Source: an uncultured Gemmatimonadota bacterium (GTDB taxonomy: Bacteria > JAAXHH01). From it: 64,000 bases of DNA. The position numbers and the translations under genes were made by a program. The DNA is taken from the NCBI GenBank assembly GCA_951812955.1, contig OX638340.1:160001-224000 (forward strand), read 5' to 3'. The notes under the pieces were generated by a model that was not told where the DNA came from, searched no databases, and saw only the letters and a list, made by a program, of their open reading frames with translations. Below, in pieces: positions 36,867 to 46,063 of the stretch (position 1 is its first letter; every line of letters begins with the position of its first letter).

Positions 36867-38792
36867 ATGACCGAATCCTTCAGCTACGTCTGGCTGATCC
36901 CCTTCCTGCCCCTGCTGGGCGCATTCATCAACGTATTCTGCAACCGGAATCCCCGGGTGTCCGGAATGATCGCCTGCGCCGCGGTGGCCACGTCCTTCCT
37001 GCTCGTGCTGGCCGTCTTCTTCCAGCTCATCGGGCTGCCGGCCGGGGAACGCAGCGTCGACGTGGTCGTCTATTCGTGGATAACGACCGGTACCTTCGCG
37101 GTGGACGTGGCCTTCCTGATCGATCCGCTTTCGACGGTCATGATGCTGGTGGTGACCGGCGTCGGACTGCTGATCCACGTCTATTCCATCGGATACATGG
37201 GCAAGGACACGTGCTGCGTCCGGTATTTCTCCTACCTGAACCTGTTCATGTTCGCCATGCTCATCCTCGTGATGGGCAACAACTTCCTCCTGATGTTCGT
37301 AGGCTGGGAGGGCGTCGGCCTCTGTTCCTACCTGCTGATCGGCTTCTGGTGCGAAAGGCAGTCCGCGGCCAACGCGGGCATGAAGGCCTTCGTGGTGAAC
37401 CGCGTCGGTGATTTCGCCTTCATCCTCGGCCTGCTCCTGATTTTCCTCTATGCCGGTTCGCTGACCTACGCCGACGTGTTCGCGGTAGACCCGAACGTAC
37501 TCGCCCCGGTCATCACTGCGATCACCCTGCTGCTCTTCATCGGGGCCATGGGCAAGTCCGCCCAGGTCCCCCTCCACGTCTGGCTTCCGGACGCCATGGA
37601 AGGCCCCACGCCGGTCAGCGCGCTGATTCACGCGGCCACCATGGTAACCGCTGGGGTGTACATGGTGGCCCGTTGCCACGCGCTCTTCGCGCAGTCAGCC
37701 ACGGCCATGACCGCCGTGGCCGTAGTCGGCGCGTTCACGGCCATTTTCGCCGCGTATATCGCCATGACCCAGTACGACATCAAACGCGTCCTCGCCTATT
37801 CCACCGTGAGCCAGCTGGGATACATGTTCCTGGCATGCGGTGTCGGTTATTTCACCGCGGGCATCTTCCACCTGGTCACCCACGCGTTTTTCAAGGCCCT
37901 GCTGTTCATGGGCGCGGGCAGCGTCATTCACGCCCTGGAACACGCCCTGGAAAAGGGCAAGGATCCACAGGACCTCCGCAACATGGGCGGGCTCAGCAGT
38001 CTGATGCCGGTAACCTATAAGTCCATGCTGCTGGCCACCCTGGCCATCGCGGGGATCGCGCCTTTCGCCGGATTCTTCAGCAAGGACCTGATCCTGCTGG
38101 GCGCCTTCGTCAACGCCCCCGTGCTGTGGGTAGTGGCCCTGGCCACCGCGGTAATGACCGCATTCTACATGTTCAGGCTGCTGTTCATGACCTTCGGCGG
38201 CAAGACCCGGATGAACCCGCCGGAGACGGAGAAGGTACACGAATCGTCCCGGGTCATTACCATACCTCTGGTCCTGCTGGCCATTCTTTCCACCGTGGGT
38301 GGTTTCATCGGTATTCCCCATGTTTTCGCGAAGGGCATGGACCGGTTCGGCGGATTCCTGGCTCCGGTGTTCTCCGGACTTCCGGAAGCGCCGGTTCCTT
38401 CTTCGAGCGTTGAACTGGCCCTGATGGTCCTGACTCTGCTGCTGGCCGCGGCCGGCATCTGGGGCGCCTACACGGTCTACATCCGGGGCAATACGGTTTT
38501 CGACCGCCTGGTTCCCCGCGCGCTGTATACGCTCTCGCTGAGGAAGTTCTACGTGGACGAGGTCTACGACGCCCTGATCGTCGGGCCGATCAGGAAGATT
38601 GCCTGGGGATTCTCACGCATCGTGGACGCCCTGATCATCGACGGCGGCCTGACCCTGGCCGCGCTCACGGTGCGCAGCGTGGGGAACGTGATCCGGTACT
38701 CGCAAACGGGTGTCGTTCAGCATTACGCGCTGATCATGGTCATCGGCGCACTGGTGGTAATCGTCTACGTCACCGGTTACCTGGGACCCTAA
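36867..38792 (+). CDS. nuoL: NADH-quinone oxidoreductase subunit L
   Basis: 641 aa antiporter-like subunit; WLPDAMEGPTPVSALIHAATMVTAG. Confidence 0.9.
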   Translation: MTESFSYVWLIPFLPLLGAFINVFCNRNPRVSGMIACAAVATSFLLVLAVFFQLIGLPAGERSVDVVVYSWITTGTFAVDVAFLIDPLSTVMMLVVTGVGLLIHVYSIGYMGKDTCCVRYFSYLNLFMFAMLILVMGNNFLLMFVGWEGVGLCSYLLIGFWCERQSAANAGMKAFVVNRVGDFAFILGLLLIFLYAGSLTYADVFAVDPNVLAPVITAITLLLFIGAMGKSAQVPLHVWLPDAMEGPTPVSALIHAATMVTAGVYMVARCHALFAQSATAMTAVAVVGAFTAIFAAYIAMTQYDIKRVLAYSTVSQLGYMFLACGVGYFTAGIFHLVTHAFFKALLFMGAGSVIHALEHALEKGKDPQDLRNMGGLSSLMPVTYKSMLLATLAIAGIAPFAGFFSKDLILLGAFVNAPVLWVVALATAVMTAFYMFRLLFMTFGGKTRMNPPETEKVHESSRVITIPLVLLAILSTVGGFIGIPHVFAKGMDRFGGFLAPVFSGLPEAPVPSSSVELALMVLTLLLAAAGIWGAYTVYIRGNTVFDRLVPRALYTLSLRKFYVDEVYDALIVGPIRKIAWGFSRIVDALIIDGGLTLAALTVRSVGNVIRYSQTGVVQHYALIMVIGALVVIVYVTGYLGP

Positions 38793-38807
38793 CCGAAGGA
38801 CTCGAAG

Positions 38808-40370
38808 GTGCCGTTCATGACCGATCTGCCCCTGCTTTCCCTCATCATCTGGCTGCCTGTACTCGGCGCGATTCTCCTCCTCTTCGTCAAGGGGGACGTG
38901 GCTGCCCGGTGGGTGGGATTCGGCGTCACGGCGCTGGTGTTCATCCTCTTCGCGGTCTGTTTCGGGGCTTTCAAGTCACACATCGGCGATCCGCAGTTCG
39001 TGGAACGGATACCCTGGATCGAGACCCTGGGCGTGTCCTATTACGTCGGTGCGGACGGCATAAGCATTCTCCTCGCCGGGATCACCGCGCTCATGTGGCC
39101 CCTGGCGCTGCTCGGCACCTGGACGATCGTCACCGTGCGCGTCCGGGCCTACCAGGTATTCATGCTGCTGATGCAAACCACGCTGATGGGCGTGTTCTTC
39201 TCCCTCGACCTGTTCCAGTTCTTCCTCTTCTGGGAAGGCATGCTGATCCCCATGTATTTCCTGATCGGAATCTGGGGTTACGAACGGAGCAGCATGGCGG
39301 CGCTGAAGTTCTTCCTGTTCGCCATATTCGGCAGTCTGCTCATGCTGGCCGCCGTCATCACGCTGGCCTTTCTCTATCACCAGGCCCACGGCGTCCTCAC
39401 CTTCGAGATGGCGGCGCTGTATCAGCTTGCCATCCCGCCGGAAGTACAGTTCTGGCTCGCTCTCGCCTTTATCGCCGCTTTCGCCGTGAAGGTGCCCATG
39501 GTCCCGTTCCATACGTGGCTGCCCGATGCCATCGTCCTCGCCGTCGTACTCGTCAAGATGGCGGCCTACGGGTTCATTCGCCTGACCCTTCCCATGTTTC
39601 CCGATGCCCTGGCCGAACTGGCGCCCCTGATGTGCGGGGCGGCGGCGGCCGGAATCGTCTACGGCGCACTGATCGCCCTGGCGCAGTCCGATATTCGAAG
39701 GATGATCGCCTATTCCACCATCAGTCACGCGGGGTTCGTCGTACTCGGCGTATTCGCCCTGAATCAGCACGGTATCCAGGGCGCGGTCGTCCACATCGTC
39801 AGCCTGGCGCTGTCTACCGGTGGACTGTTCCTCGCCGCGATGATGCTCGTGCAGCGTCGGAATACCTGGGACATGGAGGCATACGGCGGACTCTGGCACA
39901 CGATCCCCGTATTTTCCGCTTTTCTCCTCATATTCTCCCTGGCCTCCGTCGGCCTGCCGGGCCTGAGCAATTTCGTCGGGGAATTCCTCATCCTGGTCGG
40001 GGTTTTTCAACAGCATGCGGCGATCGCGGTGGTTGCCGCCACCGGAGTCATCCTGGCGGCCGTCTACATGCTCCGGATGTACAGGAAGGTCATCTTCGGT
40101 CCTTTGACCAGGGACGAGAACAGGGGGATCAAGGATCTCTCGTTCAGGGAGACGGCCGTCCTCGCCTGCATGACGCTTTTCATCATCGGGATCGGGGTGT
40201 ATCCCAATCCGGTTCTGCGGACCATGGAGGCCTCGGTACAGAAACTCCTGGTCCAGACCCACCGACTCGCGGAGACGGCTCCGGCGGGAACGTCCGGGAC
40301 ATCCACCGAAGCGGCGTCGCGGCCGGTCGGCCTGGACGCGACCCGGGGAATCAGCCAGGATAATCGATGA
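38808..40370 (+). CDS. nuoM: NADH-quinone oxidoreductase subunit M
   Basis: 520 aa antiporter-like; HTWLPDA block; GTG 38808 or ATG 38817. Confidence 0.9.
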   Translation: MPFMTDLPLLSLIIWLPVLGAILLLFVKGDVAARWVGFGVTALVFILFAVCFGAFKSHIGDPQFVERIPWIETLGVSYYVGADGISILLAGITALMWPLALLGTWTIVTVRVRAYQVFMLLMQTTLMGVFFSLDLFQFFLFWEGMLIPMYFLIGIWGYERSSMAALKFFLFAIFGSLLMLAAVITLAFLYHQAHGVLTFEMAALYQLAIPPEVQFWLALAFIAAFAVKVPMVPFHTWLPDAIVLAVVLVKMAAYGFIRLTLPMFPDALAELAPLMCGAAAAGIVYGALIALAQSDIRRMIAYSTISHAGFVVLGVFALNQHGIQGAVVHIVSLALSTGGLFLAAMMLVQRRNTWDMEAYGGLWHTIPVFSAFLLIFSLASVGLPGLSNFVGEFLILVGVFQQHAAIAVVAATGVILAAVYMLRMYRKVIFGPLTRDENRGIKDLSFRETAVLACMTLFIIGIGVYPNPVLRTMEASVQKLLVQTHRLAETAPAGTSGTSTEAASRPVGLDATRGISQDNR

Positions 40371-41833
40371 ATATGGTACTGCCCGAAATAAACCTCTATG
40401 CCGTGATGCCGCAGATCTTCCTCGTGTCCTCCGCGACCGTGGTCTTGATCGTCGGTCTATTCGAGAGATTTCGCAGGGCCATACCATACCTCAGCCTGGT
40501 GCTCCTGGCGATTTCGGGCGTGGTTGCGGTAAACCAGCTGGGACAGGATCCCATCGCCTTTTCGGATACATCGCCGATGATGGTGTCGGACGATTTCAGC
40601 CTGGTGGCCACCCTGATATTCATCGCCGGCGCCATGCTGACCGTGCTGATTTCCGTCTCCTACGCCGAAGCCAGGTCGATTGGCCGCGGCGAGTATTACG
40701 CGCTGCTGATCTACGCCGTATCGGGCATGAGCATGATGGCGGCGGGCACCGACCTGTTCTCCTTCTTCCTGGGTCTTGAAGTGCTCTCCATTTCGCTCTA
40801 CGTGCTGATCGGCTTCGAACAGCGTGAAGCCGGTTCGAACGAAGGCGCGTTGAAGTATTTCCTGCTGGGGGCCTTCGCCAGCGGCTTCATCCTCTACGGA
40901 ATGGCCCTGCTCTACGGCGCCAGCGGCAGCACGGAGTACGAAGTCATAGCGCACACCCTGGCCGGGGAACGGAGCGACGCGGTGAATCTCCTGCTGCTCG
41001 GCGGCCTGGGTCTGTTGCTGGTCGGCATCGGATTCAAGATTTCCATGGTCCCGTTCCACGCCTGGACGCCGGACGTGTACCAGGGCGCGCCCACGCCCGT
41101 CGCTGCCTTTCTGTCCACCGGATCCAAGGCGGCCGGCTTCGTGGTGTTAATCAGGTTGCTTGATTCGGTTTTTTCCGGCCTCCAGGTGGATTGGATTCCG
41201 CTGATCTCGGTGCTGGCGGTCCTTACGATTGCCGTCGGAAACGTAGTAGCACTGGTTCAGTCCAACCTCAAAAGACTGCTGGCCTACTCCAGCATCGCCC
41301 ACGCCGGGTACATGCTCCTGCCCTTCATGTCAAACAGCCAGGACGGCAGCGCGAGCATCATATTCTACCTGATCGTGTACACGGCGATGAACCTGGGCGC
41401 TTTCGGCGTGCTGGCCGTGCTCACAGCCCGCGGATCGACATGCGCGACCCTGGACGACCTGGCCGGCCTTGGGAGCCGCCATCCCCTCCTTGCCGCGATC
41501 ATGGCAGTGGTCATGTTCTCTCTGGCCGGCATACCGCCCACAGCCGGATTCATGGCGAAGTTCTACCTCTTCAGCGCGGTGGTGACCGGGGGATACATCG
41601 AACTGGCCGTGATCGGCCTGCTTTTCAGCGGGGTGTCTCTGTATTACTACCTCCGAATCGTGATCTGGATGTACATGCGCCCCGCGGCCCGGGAATCAGC
41701 CGACGCGACCGGCCGCCTGTCCTACAGCGGCATGACGGCGCTATGCGTCTCCGCCCTGGCCATCCTGGCAGTGGGCGTTTTCCCCTCCGGGTTGCTGCAG
41801 CTGGCCCAGCGGGCCGTAATGACGCTGCCGTAA
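40367..41833 (+). CDS. nuoN: NADH-quinone oxidoreductase subunit N
   Basis: 488 aa; ATGA overlap with nuoM; NuoN-like TM protein. Confidence 0.9.
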   Translation: MNMVLPEINLYAVMPQIFLVSSATVVLIVGLFERFRRAIPYLSLVLLAISGVVAVNQLGQDPIAFSDTSPMMVSDDFSLVATLIFIAGAMLTVLISVSYAEARSIGRGEYYALLIYAVSGMSMMAAGTDLFSFFLGLEVLSISLYVLIGFEQREAGSNEGALKYFLLGAFASGFILYGMALLYGASGSTEYEVIAHTLAGERSDAVNLLLLGGLGLLLVGIGFKISMVPFHAWTPDVYQGAPTPVAAFLSTGSKAAGFVVLIRLLDSVFSGLQVDWIPLISVLAVLTIAVGNVVALVQSNLKRLLAYSSIAHAGYMLLPFMSNSQDGSASIIFYLIVYTAMNLGAFGVLAVLTARGSTCATLDDLAGLGSRHPLLAAIMAVVMFSLAGIPPTAGFMAKFYLFSAVVTGGYIELAVIGLLFSGVSLYYYLRIVIWMYMRPAARESADATGRLSYSGMTALCVSALAILAVGVFPSGLLQLAQRAVMTLP

Positions 41834-42043
41834 CCACGGACCTGCCGCCAACTCCAACTACGCGCCCACACCGGCGAATTGGGTTGACTTCCGGTCGAAT
41901 TCACACCATATTTGCATGTATTTCAGCGTGCGTAACCGCACAGCAAATCGGGGGCATTCATAGACTTCAGGACAATCAGCGCGCCGGTTCAGGGGCATCT
42001 CGATCGATTTGAAAGCAAGATCAGGGAGATCTCCAGATCCGAC

Positions 42044-42931
42044 GTGGAAGTCATCAACCAGATCTGGTCTCACCTGGTTCGCACCAAGGGCAAGCGGCTC
42101 AGGCCCGCGCTGGTTTTCCTTTCCGCCTCGGCATATGGCTCGCCGTGCAGAGAGACCATGCTGGCGGCATTTATCATCGAGCTCTGCCATACCGCGACGC
42201 TGATCCACGACGACGTGGTCGACCGGGCGACGACCCGGCGCGGACTGCCCACGCTGAATTCAGTCTGGGACAACCATGTCTCGGTGCTCATGGGCGACAA
42301 CGTGATCGCAAGGGTGTTGACGCTGATCGCGAAACTGGATTGTTCGAGGATCACGACGAAAATAGCGGAATGCGTCGAACGGCTGACCGAGGGCGAGTTG
42401 CACCAGGCCATACGCCGGTTCAACATCAGTACGACCGAGGCGGAGTATTACCGCATCATCAGCAACAAGACGTCTTCGCTCATTGCATGCGGCTGTGATT
42501 CCGGAGTTTACCTTTCGAGTCAGTCGGTCGAGACCGCCCGCCGGTTCGGCGAGTTCGGCGAGAAGCTCGGGATGGCGTTTCAGATTACCGACGACATCCT
42601 GAATTTCACGGGAGACGAGGACGTCATCGGCAAACCGAGAGGTAACGATTTCCGGGAAGGCACGGTTACCCTGCCCCTGATCCATGCCCTCCGCAACGCC
42701 TCCAGCGACGGAAACCGGCGCGTGGAGCAATTGCTTGAAACGGAGTGGAGCGACCGCGTCTGCGACGAGATCGTCGAATTCGTCCACGTCCACGACGGCA
42801 TCCGTTACGCGAAAGGCAAGGCGCTGGCATACGCGGAAGAGGCCAAGAAGATCCTGGCCGAAGAACCGGAGACCCCTGCGAAGCAAGCCCTGTTGAACAT
42901 GGTGGATTACGCCATTGAACGGGATCGATGA
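42044..42931 (+). CDS. trans-polyprenyl diphosphate synthase (IspB-like)
   Basis: GKRLRPAL, first Asp-rich motif LIHDDVVD, second region FQITDDILN (DDxxN rather than DDxxD), GKPRGNDFREG; GTG at 42044 is the only standard start after upstream in-frame stop at 41933. Confidence 0.7.
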   Translation: MEVINQIWSHLVRTKGKRLRPALVFLSASAYGSPCRETMLAAFIIELCHTATLIHDDVVDRATTRRGLPTLNSVWDNHVSVLMGDNVIARVLTLIAKLDCSRITTKIAECVERLTEGELHQAIRRFNISTTEAEYYRIISNKTSSLIACGCDSGVYLSSQSVETARRFGEFGEKLGMAFQITDDILNFTGDEDVIGKPRGNDFREGTVTLPLIHALRNASSDGNRRVEQLLETEWSDRVCDEIVEFVHVHDGIRYAKGKALAYAEEAKKILAEEPETPAKQALLNMVDYAIERDR

Positions 42932-42938
42932 TGCATGT

Positions 42939-43814
42939 ATGGATTCTATATCCGTAATCGTCATTACCTATAACGAAGAACCGCATATCGATTCCTGTCT
43001 GCGGAGCGTTTCATGGGTCGACGAAATCGTGGTGGTGGATTGCGGCAGCAGCGATCGCACGGTTGAGATCTGCAACGGCCACGAGAAAGTCCGGCTGTTT
43101 CATGTAGACCGGCACGGCAGTGGACAGCAGAAACAACAGGCCCTGGACCGGGCGGTTTCCGAATGGGTGCTGAACCTGGACGCGGACGAACGGCTCAGCG
43201 AATCCCTGCAGTCGGACATACGGCGCCTCCTCGAGACACCGGCGCCCTGCGACGGTTACCATATACCAAGGGAGAACTACTTCCTCGCCAGGCATATCCG
43301 GCACGCGGCGGGATGGGGAGACGACCGGCCGCTCCGGCTGCTCCGACGGACGAAGGCGGCCGTCACCCGGACCCAGGTGCACGAGACCTTCGTGGTGGAC
43401 GGACCGACCGGCAGGCTCGAATCTCCCCTGATACACGATGCCTACACCAGCCTGTACCAGTATATCGAGAAGCTGAACGAATACACGTCGATCGAGGTGA
43501 GAAACCGGCTCAAGGCGCGGCCGGACCGAAAGATTACCTGGGTGCACATTGCCCTCGCTCCCCTGGGCACGTTCTGGAAGTTGTACGTGATGAAACGAGG
43601 GTATCTCGATGGGATGCAAGGGCTTTTGCTTTGTGTCCTTTCATCTGTATCGGTCATGTCCGGGTACGCGAAGACATGGGAATACGGGATGTACAGGAAG
43701 CGGGGCGGCCGGATGTTCCCGCCCATTCGGACCGAGGAAGTAAGGACCCGGCAACCGGGCTACAACCGGCTGATCCGGGATGGCGACGAAGAATTCAACT
43801 GGAAGGATGATTGA
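42939..43814 (+). CDS. family-2 glycosyltransferase, WaaE/KdtX-like (LPS-core-type)
   Basis: ISVIVITYNEE, DCGSSD, LDADE (DxD) and C-terminal KRGYLDG ... YAKTWEY tail; ATG 42939 (TTG 42915 also in frame). Confidence 0.75.
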   Translation: MDSISVIVITYNEEPHIDSCLRSVSWVDEIVVVDCGSSDRTVEICNGHEKVRLFHVDRHGSGQQKQQALDRAVSEWVLNLDADERLSESLQSDIRRLLETPAPCDGYHIPRENYFLARHIRHAAGWGDDRPLRLLRRTKAAVTRTQVHETFVVDGPTGRLESPLIHDAYTSLYQYIEKLNEYTSIEVRNRLKARPDRKITWVHIALAPLGTFWKLYVMKRGYLDGMQGLLLCVLSSVSVMSGYAKTWEYGMYRKRGGRMFPPIRTEEVRTRQPGYNRLIRDGDEEFNWKDD

Positions 43815-43820
43815 GACCCG

Positions 43821-44807
43821 ATGGGCCTGAAAGACACCTTTTACAAGACCGCGTCCCGGTACGAACCGCTTCAGCGGGTCCTGCGCAATGCCGTCGTCGC
43901 GCGTAAACTGCGATTTCCCGAAGTGATCAGCATCGAGTCTTCGAGTTTCTGCAATGCCGACTGCATCATGTGCCCGAGGGAGCTGCTCAGCCGCAAGAAG
44001 GGCAACATGTCCATGGAGCTGTACCGCAAGATCATCGACGAGTGCGCCGAGAACGCCCGGTACATCAAGCTCGTACAGCCCTTCATGTTCGGTGAGTCCT
44101 TCATCAACAAGCAACTCGTCGACATGATCGCGTATACGAAAAACCGGCTGCCCCGCGTGCCGGTCAGTGTGAGCACCAACGGTTCCCTCATCGATCCCCG
44201 GAAGGCCCAGGAGCTCATCGACTGCAAGCTGGACAAGATCAACATCGATATCGACGGGGCGACGGCGGACACCTTCGAAGCGGTGCGCGTGGGTCTCGAT
44301 TACAAACAGGTGGTGGAAAACGCGCGGTACTTGATGGAGCTGAAACGGTCCACCGCCAGCCGGACGCCCGAAATCACGGTGACGATCATCAATATGGAAG
44401 AAACCCAGCACGAAGTCGAGGCGTTCCGGGAGCTGTGGGCGCCCATCGCCGACAACGTGGTCGTGCAAAGCTACACCACGTGGACCGGAAGCGTGGATGA
44501 CAAGAACGTGGGTGATCAGGCCGCGGCTTCGGCGGTGGGCGGTTTCACCTTTCCCTGCAAGCATCCCTGGGAGGAGTTCGTCATCGCCAACGACGGCCGC
44601 GTGTCCATCTGCTGCCTCGATTTCGACTTCAAGGTGGAGGTGGGCGACGTATCGAAGCAATCGATCAGGGAGGTCTGGAACGGCGCTCCGATCGAGGAGA
44701 TCCGGCAGAAGATGATCGAGAACAGGTACGACGAACTCGAGATCTGCAGCCAGTGCAACAACTACATCTTTCAGACCGAATGCGCCTGGCACCAGGTGTG
44801 GAAGTGA
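43821..44807 (+). CDS. radical SAM protein with C-terminal SPASM-like Cys-rich domain
   Basis: 328 aa; SSSFCNADCIMCP (CxxxCxxC); C-terminal CKHPW...CCLD...CSQCNNY cysteine clusters. Confidence 0.75.
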   Translation: MGLKDTFYKTASRYEPLQRVLRNAVVARKLRFPEVISIESSSFCNADCIMCPRELLSRKKGNMSMELYRKIIDECAENARYIKLVQPFMFGESFINKQLVDMIAYTKNRLPRVPVSVSTNGSLIDPRKAQELIDCKLDKINIDIDGATADTFEAVRVGLDYKQVVENARYLMELKRSTASRTPEITVTIINMEETQHEVEAFRELWAPIADNVVVQSYTTWTGSVDDKNVGDQAAASAVGGFTFPCKHPWEEFVIANDGRVSICCLDFDFKVEVGDVSKQSIREVWNGAPIEEIRQKMIENRYDELEICSQCNNYIFQTECAWHQVWK

Positions 44808-44899
44808 TGCCGGTCCACTCGTATCCCGCCTGAATGGGCAGGCCGCCCGGATACCCGTAAGCGTCCCCTTTTTAAATCTCCTTCGACATGAGGAATACC

Positions 44900-46045
44900 A
44901 TGGACCGCATGGCGCCCGCGCGCATCCTGCAGGTGTGTTCCTCCCTGGCCTGGGGTGGTACGGAGATGCACGTGCCGATCCTGTCGGGTAAACTCAGGGC
45001 CCGCGGCCACGACGTGCGTCTGGTGCTTCATCCGAAGGGATCGATCGCCGGCGAGTCACGGGAATTGGGTTTCCCGACCGAGACCATCCCCATCGGCGGA
45101 TACGTGAATCCGGTTACTACCTGTGCGCTGGGGCGGTGCATACGGCGCTTCAGGCCTCGTGTCATCCACCTCCACCTTTCCCGCGACCTCTGGCAGACCG
45201 TGCCCGCTGCGCGGTTGGCGGGATACGACGGGCCGGTCGTCCTCACCAAGCACGTGGGTTCCTACGTGACGAAAACGGACCCTCTGCACCGCTGGCTGTA
45301 CCGCCGCGTGTCCCGCGTCATTACGGTATCGGAGACGTTGAACCGGAACGTGCGCGAGACCTGTCCCATCGACCCGGAACGCGTAGTAACCGTGCATCCG
45401 GCTCTGGACCTGGAACGGTTCGATCCCACCGGTTACGATCGGATGGAAACGAGAAAGTCGCTTGGATTCCCGTCCGGCGCCGTCGTGGTGGGGACCGTGG
45501 GGCGCGTTTCTCCGGGAAAGGGGTACGAAGAGTTCCTGCAGGCCGCCCGGTTGCTCCGGGACCGCCATCCCGATGTGCCCCTGCGTTTCCTCGTGGCGGG
45601 CGAGGCCAGCTACGGAGAGGAAGCCTACCACGACGGAATCGTTCATTACGCCCGGGAACTCGACCTCGCTGAGACCGTTCTTTTCGCGGGTTTCAGGCGG
45701 GATATTCCCGCCTTGCTGAACGCCATGGACGTTTTTATATTTCCCTCCAGAGCGGAGGGATTCGGCGCGACCGTCATCGAGGCGATGGCCATGGGCGTTG
45801 CCTGCGTATCGACCCGGTCCGACGGGACGCTGGACACCGTGGAGGACGGGGTAACGGGCCTGGTCTTCCAGGGAGGCGACGCGGAAGGGCTTGCGCGGTC
45901 GGTCGAATCGCTGCTTACGGACGAGCAGTTGCGCACGCGCATCGCGGAGAACGGCTGCAGACAGGCCAGGGAACGCTTTAATCTCGATGCCATGACCGAC
46001 CGCGTGGAAGCGCTCTACGCCGAATCAAAAGCCCATCCCGCCTGA
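44900..46045 (+). CDS. family-4 glycosyltransferase (GT-B, retaining type)
   Basis: EGFGATVIEAMAMGVACVSTRSDG near C-terminus (E-x7-E-like GT4 motif); ATG 44900 has GAGGAA RBS (ATG 44888 also possible). Confidence 0.75.
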   Translation: MDRMAPARILQVCSSLAWGGTEMHVPILSGKLRARGHDVRLVLHPKGSIAGESRELGFPTETIPIGGYVNPVTTCALGRCIRRFRPRVIHLHLSRDLWQTVPAARLAGYDGPVVLTKHVGSYVTKTDPLHRWLYRRVSRVITVSETLNRNVRETCPIDPERVVTVHPALDLERFDPTGYDRMETRKSLGFPSGAVVVGTVGRVSPGKGYEEFLQAARLLRDRHPDVPLRFLVAGEASYGEEAYHDGIVHYARELDLAETVLFAGFRRDIPALLNAMDVFIFPSRAEGFGATVIEAMAMGVACVSTRSDGTLDTVEDGVTGLVFQGGDAEGLARSVESLLTDEQLRTRIAENGCRQARERFNLDAMTDRVEALYAESKAHPA

Positions 46046-46063
46046 TCACGGTCCCGGCCCTTC

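Noticed and set aside
31312-40487. Series of long minus-strand ORFs (31312-32325, 32537-33487, 34221-35543, 36258-37679, 37695-38321, 38976-40487) across the nuo operon
   Set aside because: Each overlaps a plus-strand Nuo subunit with unambiguous motifs; shadow ORFs only.
42009-42203. 64-aa ORF overlapping the start of the polyprenyl synthase gene
   Set aside because: Different frame from the conserved IspB-like reading frame; Arg/Ser/Pro-rich; no support.
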